DNA of 64,000 nucleotides from an uncultured Eubacteriales bacterium (GCA_934457095.1 CAKSHJ010000009.1:2621-66620), one strand, 5' to 3'; counted from the stretch's first letter, positions 39,058 to 49,152 are shown. Numbers and translations are program-made. The notes: generated by a model from the sequence alone, not told the origin.

Positions 39058-39098
39058 TAATCAGGGTGTCCGGAGTTCGAATCTCCGATGGATCACCA
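39058..39098 (+). pseudogene. orphan tRNA 3' fragment (variable region, T-arm, acceptor 3' strand, CCA)
   Basis: CGGAG TTCGAAT CTCCG T-arm, then ATGGATC-A-CCA. No matching 5' acceptor strand, D-arm or anticodon arm lies upstream, because the integrase stop codon is 30 nt away. Confidence 0.6.
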
Positions 39099-39136
39099 AA
39101 ATAAAACAGCTGCTGTACGGCGGCTGTTTTATTTTA
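39099..39136 (+). terminator. intrinsic terminator after the tRNA fragment
   Basis: AAAACAGCTG / CGGCTGTTTT stem followed by ATTTTAT. Confidence 0.7.
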
Positions 39137-39231
39137 TAGTTTTTTGCCTGATTTGGTTAAAATAATATATACGGATATATAAATATATGGTATATTATTT
39201 AGAAAGAATAATAACTTAAAGGAAAGAAAAA

Positions 39232-41925
39232 ATGGAAAATCAATCAAAATTACATGCATTTTTCTTTAGAAACAAAAACGAAAATATAGTAGTTGACGCA
39301 ATACCGAACAGAAAAGATAGGAGAAAAACCGCAAGATATTGTTTGTTGTTTTTTCTTTCCTTTATCATACCTGTGTGTATATTGGTGGCGATTTTAGCAA
39401 GATTGCAGGTGTTTCCGGATGGAGAAAGCACCGTTCTAACTGCCGATTTAGCCGCGCAATATACTGATTTTTTCTCGTACTTCAAAGGCTTTTTTAACGG
39501 AGAAAACAATCTGTTTTATTGTCTTAGCCAAACTTTGGGTAACAATATATGGGGTGTTTTACCGTATTATTTGTTGAGCCCTTTTAATTTGGTACTTTTG
39601 TTTTTTAGTTCAGAGGCGTTACCGACTGCAATTTATATCATAACAGTATTGAAAATAGGCGCATGCGGTGTGACATGTTTTTTATTTTTGAACCGTGTTT
39701 TTCACGGAGAGTATGCTGCATTGATATTCTCCACTTGTTATGCGCTGATGAGCTTTAATGTGGTATATCTTTCTCACATTATGTGGTTGGACGGCGTGAT
39801 TTTACTGCCTGTAATTTCCTTGGGCATTCACAGAATGCTGGAGAAAAAGCGGCCTTTATGCTATATTTTATCCTTATTTTTGGCTTTGGTAACCAACTAT
39901 TACATTGGGTATATGTTATGTATTTTTACAGTTGTATATTTTTTGTACCGGATATTGCGTGCTTTACCGCAGCAGGAAAAATGGAAGTATTTTTGGCAAA
40001 AAGCCTATATGTATATGATTTCCTCTTTCATAGCGGGCGGGATGGCAGCGGTTGTGCTGTTACCGGCATTTATGGCATTAAACGGCGGAAAGTCCAACGG
40101 TTTTAAGGGTTTGTCTTTTGCGTTCAACGGTTCTGTTTTTGAAATTCTGGGGAATTTATACACTAATATGTTTTCGCTCACAGAGGCAAAAAACGACTGG
40201 TTCGACGGTCTGCCGAATATTTTTGTAGGTATTTTTATATTGGTGCTAACGGTGTTATTTTTTATACAAAAACCGATTGCGCTTAAAACAAAATTGCTGA
40301 CCGGCAGTTTGATTGCCGTGTTTATTTTATCGTTCTGGGTTGCGCCGCTGGATTTGGCATGGCAGGGTTTTACGCCGCCCAATTGGTTTCCGCACCGATA
40401 TGCGTTTTTGTTCAGCTTTGTTTTGGTAACGCTGGCATTTGAGAGCTTTGGAGTGTTAAGAACGCAGAAGCCGCCTGCAGTGCGCTATTGCGTGACGGGA
40501 ACAGCAATGCTTGCAGCTACGATATTGCTGGCGTGGTTAACGGGCAGACTTCATAGCGGTATGAAATTTGTGCTGTTGGATGCCGGGTTGGTTGTGTTGT
40601 TTTTCATTTTATTGTATTTTGTGCATTTACAGACGAAAAAATGGCTGCAATTTGCATTAACGCTGGGCATGGGTGTGATTTGTACAGGAAATATAACGCT
40701 TAATGCCAATATGGTTTTGCGGCGCATGGATTACGGAAGCTATGGGGAGTATGCGCAATATTATGAGGACGCAACGCCGGTGATTGAGAAAACAAAGGCG
40801 ATGACGCAGGGGGATTTTGCGCGCATGGAGAAGGATTTTTTCTATACCTTTAATGATGCCATGCATTATTCTTACCATGGCATTACGCACTACAGCTCGA
40901 ATTTAAAAGCGAGTTTAGTGAGTTTTTTTGGCAAGACAGGGTATAAAAGTAACGATGTAGTTATCAGCAACAGCCAGGGCAACACGCTGGCCTTTGACAG
41001 CATTTACGGCGTGCGGTATTTTATTTCAGGGCAGTCAAGCTTCCCGCAGTACCGCAAGGTTTTGCAGGAGGGCGGTTATTCCGTTTATGAAAATCCGTTT
41101 GCCTTGGGCTTGGGCTTTACCATTCCGGAGGAGGTTGCGGCTTTGGAATTGGATGAGGAAAATCCGTTTTTGTCGCAGAATCGGGTGTTGCATTGCTTTG
41201 CCCCGCAGATCCGGCAGGAGGTTTTTACAGCGGAGACGCTGCTGAATACGCAGACGGATAATTTAACGGTGACAAGTGAAAACGGAAACATGGTTCTGGA
41301 GAAGATAGACCCGGAGCAGCCTGCTTCTATTTGCTGGACTTACCAACGAGACGAGGCGTTCAGTCCGGTATATATGTGTTTTGGCAACGCGGAAAGAGCG
41401 CGGAAGATTATAGTGAAGGTCAATGATGAGCCGGTGTATTATGACCATAATTATCACGGTGCGTTTTATGATTATATACACCCAGTGCTGCTGAACGATA
41501 CAGCGGAAACCTATACCGTTTCGCTGGAGCTGACAGCGGAACGCTTTGTGGTGGGAAAACCGTATTTATATCGGCAGAACATGCAAGTATTTGAGCAGTA
41601 TTACAGCGCTATGGCAGACGGTAATTTTGCCGCGACGGAAAACAACGGTTCTTCCTTTAGCGGACAGGTGGTTGCCAAAGAGCAGGAGAGATTGTTTTTC
41701 TCGTTGCCGTATGAGCGCGGTTGGAGCGTATATATAGACGGACAAAAAGTGGAAACCGAGGCTGTATTTGATACCTTTTTATCTGTGAAAATTCCGGCGG
41801 GCAAACATACCGTGGAGTTGTCGTTTATACCGCCGGGATTGTTTATGGGCAGTGTGGTAAGCGGTGTAAGCATACTTGCATTGGGTGGGTATTTATGGTT
41901 ATTGCACCGTGGTCGCATCGGCTAA
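39232..41925 (+). CDS. YfhO-family polytopic membrane glycosyltransferase
   Basis: 897 aa, more than 12 TM segments plus a C-terminal extracytoplasmic domain and a final TM segment. The N-terminal region (ADLAAQYTDFFSYFKGFF...LFYCLSQTLGNNIWGV) is typical of the YfhO family. Confidence 0.8.
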   Translation: MENQSKLHAFFFRNKNENIVVDAIPNRKDRRKTARYCLLFFLSFIIPVCILVAILARLQVFPDGESTVLTADLAAQYTDFFSYFKGFFNGENNLFYCLSQTLGNNIWGVLPYYLLSPFNLVLLFFSSEALPTAIYIITVLKIGACGVTCFLFLNRVFHGEYAALIFSTCYALMSFNVVYLSHIMWLDGVILLPVISLGIHRMLEKKRPLCYILSLFLALVTNYYIGYMLCIFTVVYFLYRILRALPQQEKWKYFWQKAYMYMISSFIAGGMAAVVLLPAFMALNGGKSNGFKGLSFAFNGSVFEILGNLYTNMFSLTEAKNDWFDGLPNIFVGIFILVLTVLFFIQKPIALKTKLLTGSLIAVFILSFWVAPLDLAWQGFTPPNWFPHRYAFLFSFVLVTLAFESFGVLRTQKPPAVRYCVTGTAMLAATILLAWLTGRLHSGMKFVLLDAGLVVLFFILLYFVHLQTKKWLQFALTLGMGVICTGNITLNANMVLRRMDYGSYGEYAQYYEDATPVIEKTKAMTQGDFARMEKDFFYTFNDAMHYSYHGITHYSSNLKASLVSFFGKTGYKSNDVVISNSQGNTLAFDSIYGVRYFISGQSSFPQYRKVLQEGGYSVYENPFALGLGFTIPEEVAALELDEENPFLSQNRVLHCFAPQIRQEVFTAETLLNTQTDNLTVTSENGNMVLEKIDPEQPASICWTYQRDEAFSPVYMCFGNAERARKIIVKVNDEPVYYDHNYHGAFYDYIHPVLLNDTAETYTVSLELTAERFVVGKPYLYRQNMQVFEQYYSAMADGNFAATENNGSSFSGQVVAKEQERLFFSLPYERGWSVYIDGQKVETEAVFDTFLSVKIPAGKHTVELSFIPPGLFMGSVVSGVSILALGGYLWLLHRGRIG

Positions 41926-42031
41926 ATGTAAATATTGTGTGACGGCGGGAAATAGAGGTTGAAGAACGCTTTGAGATACGATACACTATATAACAAACGA
42001 CAGTATAGTACAAAAGGAGTATTACAGAGCG

Positions 42032-43216
42032 ATGGCTTTTGACAAAATGATTCTCAAACAATTGCTGAAGAAAGTAGACGATGTTTCGTTTGAGGTAAAG
42101 TTTCCCGATGGCGAGGTATTGAAAGCGGGACAGGACGAACCCATAGCAGTAATTCGCGTCAACGGCAATATAGAGGTGGGCGCTTTGATGAAGAGTCCTT
42201 CTCTTACTTTGGGCGAAGCGTATATGGACAAAATTTTGGAGCTGGAACAGGGCAATTTATTTGAAATTTTGAATTTGGTGCTTGCCAAATTGGAGGACTT
42301 TTCAAGCGATTTCAGCGGGCTTTCCAAAATTATGAAAACCTCGACCTCAAAGAAAAACCAGAAGAAGGAAATTGCGTCGCACTATGACATTGGCAATGCG
42401 TTTTTTGAGCTTTGGCTGGACGAAACGATGAGTTATTCCTGCGGATATTTTCGGCAGCCGACCGATACGTTGTATATGGCGCAGATGAATAAGGTAGACT
42501 ATATTTTAAAAAAGCTGAATTTAAAACCCGGACAAACACTGTTGGATATTGGCTGTGGTTGGGGGTATTTGTTGCTTGCTGCGGCCCAAAAATACAAGGT
42601 GAAGGGCGTTGGCATTACTTTAAGCGAGGAGCAATACCGCAAAGGTCAGGAGCGAATCAAAGCTGAGGGGCTGGAGGGTCAGGTGGAGATTCGCCTGATG
42701 GATTACCGCGATTTGGAGAAGAGCGGTATGCAGTTTGACCGTATTGTAAGCGTGGGTATGTTAGAGCATGTAAGCCGCGACAATTACCCGTTGTTCATGA
42801 AAAATATTGACAAGGCGCTCAACCCAAAGGGGCTTGTGCTGTTGCATTATATTAGCGGCAGGCAGGAGCATGACGGCGACCCATGGATTAAAAAATATAT
42901 TTTTCCGGGCGGTATTATTCCCAGTTTGCGGGAAATTCTGCATTTGGTGGGCGAGCACAATTACTATACGCTGGATGTGGAAAGTCTGCGCCGCCACTAT
43001 GAAAGAACCTTACTGGAATGGGCCAAGAATTTTGCGGCTAAGCGCGAGGTGATTGATACCATGTTTGAGGAGCGTTTTGTGCGTATGTGGGAGCTGTATT
43101 TGGTGGCGTGCGCCTCGGTTTTTCACAACGGTATTTGTGATATTCATCAGGTGTTGTTCAGCAAGGGTGTGGATAATACATTGCCGATGACCCGGGATTA
43201 TTTGTACAGAGATTGA
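42032..43216 (+). CDS. cfa: cyclopropane-fatty-acyl-phospholipid synthase
   Basis: HYDIGNAFFELWLDETMSYSCGYF, SAM motif LLDIGCGWG, and EHV. Confidence 0.9.
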   Translation: MAFDKMILKQLLKKVDDVSFEVKFPDGEVLKAGQDEPIAVIRVNGNIEVGALMKSPSLTLGEAYMDKILELEQGNLFEILNLVLAKLEDFSSDFSGLSKIMKTSTSKKNQKKEIASHYDIGNAFFELWLDETMSYSCGYFRQPTDTLYMAQMNKVDYILKKLNLKPGQTLLDIGCGWGYLLLAAAQKYKVKGVGITLSEEQYRKGQERIKAEGLEGQVEIRLMDYRDLEKSGMQFDRIVSVGMLEHVSRDNYPLFMKNIDKALNPKGLVLLHYISGRQEHDGDPWIKKYIFPGGIIPSLREILHLVGEHNYYTLDVESLRRHYERTLLEWAKNFAAKREVIDTMFEERFVRMWELYLVACASVFHNGICDIHQVLFSKGVDNTLPMTRDYLYRD

Positions 43217-43248
43217 GTTGGGTTCTTTTTGAGAAAGGGGGAGGCGCA

Positions 43249-44064
43249 TTGAAAAAGAAGGCGATATTGGCGTTGTGTATTGCGGCGGTATGCAGCGTGA
43301 GCCTGTGCGGCTGCGGGGCGGGAATCGCTCAAATGCCGCGTCCGTTTCCAAACGGTACGACTTCGCAGACAGAGCAAGTGAGTTCAGCGGAGGAGCCGGA
43401 GGTTTCCTCATCGCCGGCAGTACAGGAGTCGGAGCAACCGGTGAATACGCACATGCGACTGGAGGATATTACGGTGGAAACCGAGCGAGGCGTGCAGGTG
43501 TATCCGGCGGTTTATGACATGGATGATACATCGGTGCAGGAACAGGTGAACGCGCTGATTGAGCAGCATCGTCAGTTGGGACAGGCACAGTATGGCGGAC
43601 AGGCAAAATTGGAGAGTACCACGGAGGTGACGTTTTTGAGCGGTGAGCGGTTGTCGTTGGTTTTTAGCCATAAGCTGGTGAACCCCGAGCAGGCGCCGAA
43701 TTACCCTGTGGTATACCGCAGCAGTTTAGTAGTAGATTTAAAGACAGGCGCGCAGCTGCATTTGAGCGATTATGCCTCGGTATACCCGATGTACGAGCAG
43801 TTGAGATACAGCTTGTATGAGGTGGTGGGTGATGACGATACAGATAAGACAACGGTACAGGTTGCGGTACGGAATTTGCTGCGTAACGACAGGCTTTCTG
43901 CGGTGAATTTGAGCCGTGCAGATTACCCGCTTTCAAAAGAATTTGCTCCAAGTTTATATGGCTATATAACAGAAGATAAGGTGGGTTTGCTGATTGCGGT
44001 TTCGGAGGAAACTGGTGGTTCGATGCGTGTGGAATTTGATAAAGATGAGGTGCTGTATGCCTAA
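43249..44064 (+). CDS. lipoprotein of unknown function
   Basis: (M)KKKAILALCIAAVCSVSLCGCG lipobox. TTG 43249 follows a GGGGGAGG RBS; the tracked ORF starts at 43213. Confidence 0.65.
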   Translation: MKKKAILALCIAAVCSVSLCGCGAGIAQMPRPFPNGTTSQTEQVSSAEEPEVSSSPAVQESEQPVNTHMRLEDITVETERGVQVYPAVYDMDDTSVQEQVNALIEQHRQLGQAQYGGQAKLESTTEVTFLSGERLSLVFSHKLVNPEQAPNYPVVYRSSLVVDLKTGAQLHLSDYASVYPMYEQLRYSLYEVVGDDDTDKTTVQVAVRNLLRNDRLSAVNLSRADYPLSKEFAPSLYGYITEDKVGLLIAVSEETGGSMRVEFDKDEVLYA

Positions 44065-44262
44065 AAAAGGAACTTTTAGGCAGAACGGGAATCGCTTGCC
44101 GCGCTTGACAAAAAGCAGAGAAATGTGATAAATTTTCCATAGGTATCGTAACAAAGTGAGTGGGGAGATTCCGCTTTCTTTTTTACACTAGAATTAGCTA
44201 TCGCTAACCGGAGTTAGTGGTTGCGTACATATTTGCTGAAAAACGAAAGTACAGGTGAGGGT

Positions 44263-46002
44263 ATGATGATAAATAAACGGCTGCTGCAAAGTGTGCCGGA
44301 GTCAAAAAAATATATTTGGTGTAACGTGGCGTTGCAGTGGTTTGCTTTGGCAGCCAACGTTGTTATGGTAGGCGCAATTGGGTTTTGTTTGCAGACGTTG
44401 CTTTGGCAAAGAACCAATTTGTTTGCAGTGATGATGCCGCTTGCAATTGGGGTGGGTGCAATTTTACTGCGCCTTTTTTGTACGCTGGGTAGTGCCCGTA
44501 TGCGGTATCTTTCCGCAAAACAGGTGAAAAAAACGCTGCGCAGCCGTATTTACCAAAAATTACTGCGATTGGGCAGTTCCTATCAGAACAAGGCTTCCAC
44601 CGCGGAGGTGGTACAGGTAGCCGTAGAGGGCGTAGACCAGTTGGACATTTATTTTGCCGCGTATTTGCCGCAATTTTTTTACAGTATGATAGCTCCGCTG
44701 ACTTTATTTGGTGTATTGTGCTTTGTCAATTGGCAGAGCGCGCTGATTTTGCTGGGTTGCGTACCGTTGATACCGGTTTCGATTGCGCTGGTGCAGACGT
44801 TTGCAAAAAAATTGCTTTCTAAATATTGGGGGCGGTATACGGCGCTGGGCGACACTTTTTTGGAAAATTTGCAGGGATTGACTACGCTGAAAATATACCA
44901 GGCAGATGAGAAAAAGAATACGGAAATGAATGAGGAGGCCGAACATTTTCGCAAAATTACCATGAAGGTGCTGACTATGCAGCTCAATTCTATTTCGATT
45001 ATGGATATTGTGGCGTTTGGAGGTGCAGCGGCGGGTATGGTGATGGCGGTCAGTCAATTTGCCACCGGGCGTATGAGTTTTGCCGGCTGCGTGATTGTGA
45101 TTTTACTCTCGGCCGATTTTTTTATACCGATGCGTCAACTGGGCAGTTTTTTTCACATTGCCATGAACGGTATGGCCGCAAGCGATAAAATTTTTAAATT
45201 GCTGGATATGCCTGAACCACCTGAGAACACCGAAACCGTGCCGGGGGAAAATTGTACGATTGTTTGTGAAAATTTGAATTTTTCCTATGAGGAAAGTCGC
45301 GGAATTTTACAGGGAATCGACATGGAATTTGCCAAGGGAAGTTTTACGGCAATTGTGGGCGAGAGCGGTAGCGGAAAGTCTACCTTGGGCGGAATTTTGG
45401 CAGGGCGCAATGCGCCGTACAGCGGCAGTGTGACCGTAGGCGGTGTGGAATTGCGCGAAATTGCCGAGAAAAGCCTGATGCAAACGGTGACTTATGTTGG
45501 CCATAACAGCTATTTATTTGGGGGTACTGTACGCGAAAATTTACAATTGGGCAATCCTGCGGCTAACGATACACAAATGTGGCAGGTGTTGGAGCAGACC
45601 AAATTGGCGGAATTTTTGCGCGGTGAAAACGGTTTGGGTACGCAACTTTTAGAACGCGGCGAAAATTTTTCCGGGGGACAGCGGCAGCGGCTGGCGTTGA
45701 GCCGTGCGCTTTTACATGACAGTTCGGTTTATATTTTTGATGAGGCTACTTCGAACATAGATGCAGAGAGTGAAGACGATATTATGGCGCAAATTTACCG
45801 TTTGGCAAGCGTAAAAACGGTTCTTTTTATCTCTCACAGACTGGCCAATGTGATACATGCGGACCGTATTTATGTGCTGCAAAACGGGCGCATTGCAGAG
45901 CAGGGAACTCATCCAACGCTCATAGAGCGGCAGGGAATTTACGAAGAATTGTACCGTCGCCAAAGGGAGTTGGAGCAGTATGCAAAGGGGGCAGTCATAT
46001 GA
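44263..46002 (+). CDS. ABC exporter, fused permease-ATPase, CydD-like subunit
   Basis: Six-TM domain plus NBD (Walker A GESGSGKST, signature FSGGQRQR, Walker B IFDEATS). Its stop overlaps the next gene start. Confidence 0.75.
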   Translation: MMINKRLLQSVPESKKYIWCNVALQWFALAANVVMVGAIGFCLQTLLWQRTNLFAVMMPLAIGVGAILLRLFCTLGSARMRYLSAKQVKKTLRSRIYQKLLRLGSSYQNKASTAEVVQVAVEGVDQLDIYFAAYLPQFFYSMIAPLTLFGVLCFVNWQSALILLGCVPLIPVSIALVQTFAKKLLSKYWGRYTALGDTFLENLQGLTTLKIYQADEKKNTEMNEEAEHFRKITMKVLTMQLNSISIMDIVAFGGAAAGMVMAVSQFATGRMSFAGCVIVILLSADFFIPMRQLGSFFHIAMNGMAASDKIFKLLDMPEPPENTETVPGENCTIVCENLNFSYEESRGILQGIDMEFAKGSFTAIVGESGSGKSTLGGILAGRNAPYSGSVTVGGVELREIAEKSLMQTVTYVGHNSYLFGGTVRENLQLGNPAANDTQMWQVLEQTKLAEFLRGENGLGTQLLERGENFSGGQRQRLALSRALLHDSSVYIFDEATSNIDAESEDDIMAQIYRLASVKTVLFISHRLANVIHADRIYVLQNGRIAEQGTHPTLIERQGIYEELYRRQRELEQYAKGAVI

Positions 46003-47657
46003 AAAAACGCAGCAATTTACAAGTCATGTCAAGATTGATTGGCTTGGTAAGGCCGTTGACGGGCTATATGATTTTGGCAGTATTGCTGGGGATTTTGGGC
46101 TTTTTATGTGCTATTTTTATCACCGTATGCAGCGCATGGGCGCTTTTGGATGCCATGAAGCTGTCCGCTCCGTTGCCCATGACAGCGGCATTTGCGGTGG
46201 CGATTACCATTGGCGTGTTGCGGGGATTTCTGCGCTACGGAGAGCAAGCGTGCAACCATTATATTGCCTTTAAACTGCTGGCGCTGATTCGCGACCGGGT
46301 GTTTCGAGCGTTGCGCAGGCTTTGCCCGGCCAAATTGGAGGGCAGGGGCAAGGGCGATTTGATTGCGGTGATTACCTCGGATATTGAACTTTTGGAGGTT
46401 TTTTATGCGCATACGATTTCCCCGATTTTGATTGCATTTTTTGTTTGTGCAATCATGGTGGGTTTTCTTTGCGGTATACATTGGATATTGGCTTTGGTGG
46501 CGCTTACCGCTTATTTAACGGTGGGAATTGCCGTGCCGGTATTTGTTTCTAAAATGAGCGGCAATACCGGCGAACAATTTCGTAAACAGAGCGGTGAGTT
46601 GAGTAGCTTTGTGCTGGAAAGTTTGCGTGGCTTACAGGAGACCGTACAATACGGGGCGGGCGCAAAACGCTTACAGGAGTTGGAGGCACGCACGGACGAA
46701 TTGAACCGGCAAGAGGAGTTGCAGAAGAAATATATGGGTAGGAATACCGCCCTGAGCAATACTCTGATTTTGGTATTCAGCCTGTTGATGCTTACGGTGG
46801 CGGCGTTGCTGTACAGCGGCGGTATGATTGATTTTGCGGGACTGCTGATTGCCGTGGTTGCCATGATGAGCTCCTTTGGGCCAGTGGTGGCGCTTGCCGA
46901 TTTGGGCAGTACCCTGCAAAATACCTTGGCCGCGGGCAACCGTGTGTTGGACATTTTGCAGGAAACACCGCTGACGCAGGATATTACCGGCAAGGAGCGG
47001 GTGGAATTTTCCGGCGTACAGGCGCGGCATATTACCTTTGGGTATGACGACCGTGCGGTACTTGGCGATGTCAGTTTGACGGTGCCGGAGCATAAAATTG
47101 TAGGAATTGTGGGCAAAAGCGGCAGCGGAAAATCGACTTTGCTTCGGTTGATGATGCGTTTTTGGCGTGTGGAGCAGGGCAGTATGGAGATTTCCGGCAC
47201 GAATATTGAGGAAATCAATACCGAAAATTTACGGGAAATGGAGAGTCTTGTTTTGCAGGAAACGCATTTGTTTCATAGCAGTATTGCGGAAAATTTGCGC
47301 ATTGCCAAGCAGGACGCAACTCAGGAAGAGTTGGAAATTGCCTGTAAAAAGGCGGCGGTACATGATTTTATTATGAGTTTGTCCAAGGGGTATGAAACGC
47401 CGGTGGGCGAGTTGGGCGATACGCTTTCCGGTGGAGAAAAACAGCGGATTTCTTTAGCGAGAGCATTTTTGCACAATGCGCCGTTTATGCTGCTGGACGA
47501 ACCGACCAGCAATTTGGATAGTCTGAACGAGGCAGTGATTTTACAGGCGTTGCACCGCGAGCGGGCAAATAAAACGGTGGTGTTGGTATCGCACAGAGCC
47601 TCTACGGTGCAGCTTGCAGATGAGGTGTATCATGTGGACAGCGGGAGAATGAGCTGA
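45999..47657 (+). CDS. ABC exporter, fused permease-ATPase, CydC-like subunit
   Basis: Six-TM domain plus NBD (GKSGSGKST, LSGGEKQR, LLDEPTS). Confidence 0.75.
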   Translation: MKKRSNLQVMSRLIGLVRPLTGYMILAVLLGILGFLCAIFITVCSAWALLDAMKLSAPLPMTAAFAVAITIGVLRGFLRYGEQACNHYIAFKLLALIRDRVFRALRRLCPAKLEGRGKGDLIAVITSDIELLEVFYAHTISPILIAFFVCAIMVGFLCGIHWILALVALTAYLTVGIAVPVFVSKMSGNTGEQFRKQSGELSSFVLESLRGLQETVQYGAGAKRLQELEARTDELNRQEELQKKYMGRNTALSNTLILVFSLLMLTVAALLYSGGMIDFAGLLIAVVAMMSSFGPVVALADLGSTLQNTLAAGNRVLDILQETPLTQDITGKERVEFSGVQARHITFGYDDRAVLGDVSLTVPEHKIVGIVGKSGSGKSTLLRLMMRFWRVEQGSMEISGTNIEEINTENLREMESLVLQETHLFHSSIAENLRIAKQDATQEELEIACKKAAVHDFIMSLSKGYETPVGELGDTLSGGEKQRISLARAFLHNAPFMLLDEPTSNLDSLNEAVILQALHRERANKTVVLVSHRASTVQLADEVYHVDSGRMS

Positions 47658-48001
47658 TGGAACAGGTACATACCAAGTGCGAACGCGAAAAACGCATGGT
47701 TTCTGAGATGATTGCGTTGTATTGCAAAAAGCAGCGCCATACCAAAAGCGGCGCATTGTGTGAGGCGTGCAGTGCGTTGAACGACTATGCACGACAACGC
47801 AGCGACCGGTGTCCGTTTATGGAGAATAAAACTTTTTGTTCTAATTGTAAGGTGCATTGCTATAAACCCGATATGCGGGAGCAAATTCGCGTAGTCATGC
47901 GGTTTTCCGGGCCGAGAATGCTGCTGCATCACCCGATTTGGGCGTTGCGGCATGTGCTGGAGAGCAAGCGTGAGAAAAAAAGATTGGAGGGGCAATCATG
48001 A
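47657..48001 (+). CDS. Cys-rich protein of the nitrous-oxide-stimulated-promoter (YgbA-like) family
   Basis: 114 aa. Pattern CxxC...RCPF...FCSNCKVHCYKPDMRE...MRFSGPRMLLHHP. Its start overlaps the stop of the upstream ABC gene. Confidence 0.65.
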   Translation: MEQVHTKCEREKRMVSEMIALYCKKQRHTKSGALCEACSALNDYARQRSDRCPFMENKTFCSNCKVHCYKPDMREQIRVVMRFSGPRMLLHHPIWALRHVLESKREKKRLEGQS

Positions 48002-48423
48002 AAAAAACCAAGAAAATTATACTGATTGTACTAGGGTGTATCGGTCTGGCGCTTGGTGCGGCAGGCGCTGTGCTGCCGTTGATGCCGGCGTTTCCGTTTT
48101 TGTTGTTGGCGGCGGTTTGCTTTGGCAAAAGCTCGGAAAAATTGCACAATTGGTTTACCGGCACCAAGCTGTATAAAAAGAATTTGGAGTCGTTTGTACA
48201 GGGAAAGGGCATGACATGGAAGGTGAAAATTCGCATTATGTGCGTTGTGACCGTGCTGCTTTCGATTAGCTGTGTGATGATGATGCGTGTGCCCATCGGT
48301 CAGATTGTGGTGGGTTGCGTATGGCTGTTCCATATTTTGTTCTTTATTTTCGGCATTAAAACCATGAAGCCCGAGGACGAACAAGAGTTTTCCTCCAAGG
48401 ATGCAAGTGGTGAGCCGGAATAA
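47998..48423 (+). CDS. DUF454 / YbaN-family inner membrane protein
   Basis: GLALGAAGAVLPLMPAFPFLLLAAVCFGKSSEKLHNWF. ATGA overlap with the upstream gene. Confidence 0.75.
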   Translation: MKKTKKIILIVLGCIGLALGAAGAVLPLMPAFPFLLLAAVCFGKSSEKLHNWFTGTKLYKKNLESFVQGKGMTWKVKIRIMCVVTVLLSISCVMMMRVPIGQIVVGCVWLFHILFFIFGIKTMKPEDEQEFSSKDASGEPE

Positions 48424-48424
48424 G

Positions 48425-48467
48425 AAAAAGACACCGCCCTGCTCAAAACGAGAGGCGGTGTTTTTTG
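48425..48467. terminator. bidirectional terminator between ybaN-like and purC
   Basis: ACACCGCC / GGCGGTGT stem with an A-run before and T6 after. Confidence 0.75.
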
Positions 48468-48474
48468 CGTCTGT

Positions 48475-49152
48475 TTATGCTAAAATCATCGCGGTTAAAT
48501 CCATGGGGTCGAGCGGTTTGCCGTTTTGATAGCAGCGCATATTGCCAGAGGCGATTTCATCGATTAAGATGACCTGATTATTGTGGTAGCCGAATTCAAA
48601 TTTGATGTCGTATAATTCAATGCCCTTTTGCTTTAAGGTGTCGGTTAAAATCCTGTTTATCGTCTGGGTTAATTTTTTGGTATCCGCAAACTGCTGCGCG
48701 GTCATAATGCCCAAAACCTCCAGACCTTCGCAGGTAACCAACGGGTCGCCGCGGTCGTCATCTTTCAGCGTCATCTCCACATAGCCGCCCAGCGGCTGAC
48801 CTTCGGTAACATAGTCGCCATAGCGCCGAAAGAAGCTGCCCACGGCACGGTTACGACAAATCACCTCCAGGCCTTTGCCGAAACATTTAGCAGGGAGCAC
48901 CTCCATGGTGGAGTTTTCTATGTCGGCGGAAACATAATGGGTTTGAATACCGGCTTTTTTTAAAATTTCAAAGAAAAATACCGAAACCTTCAGGTTTTCC
49001 TTACCAATGCCGTCAATGGTAAGCCCTACGGTATTGGCGCCGGGGTCAAATACGCCGTCGGTACCGGTTACATCGTCCTTGAATTTGAGCAGATAATTTC
49101 CGTTGTCCAGTGCGAATACGTCTTTTGTCTTGCCTTGATATACAGCTTTCAT
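48475..49152 (-). CDS. purC: phosphoribosylaminoimidazole-succinocarboxamide (SAICAR) synthase
   Basis: [13 protein letters not shown]...LKFKDDVTG...[10 protein letters not shown]...YDIKFEFG. Confidence 0.88.
   Translation of the reverse strand: MKAVYQGKTKDVFALDNGNYLLKFKDDVTGTDGVFDPGANTVGLTIDGIGKENLKVSVFFFEILKKAGIQTHYVSADIENSTMEVLPAKCFGKGLEVICRNRAVGSFFRRYGDYVTEGQPLGGYVEMTLKDDDRGDPLVTCEGLEVLGIMTAQQFADTKKLTQTINRILTDTLKQKGIELYDIKFEFGYHNNQVILIDEIASGNMRCYQNGKPLDPMDLTAMILA

Noticed and set aside
46511-47218. 235-aa minus-strand ORF
   Set aside because: Antisense to the CydC-like ABC gene, with no independent support.
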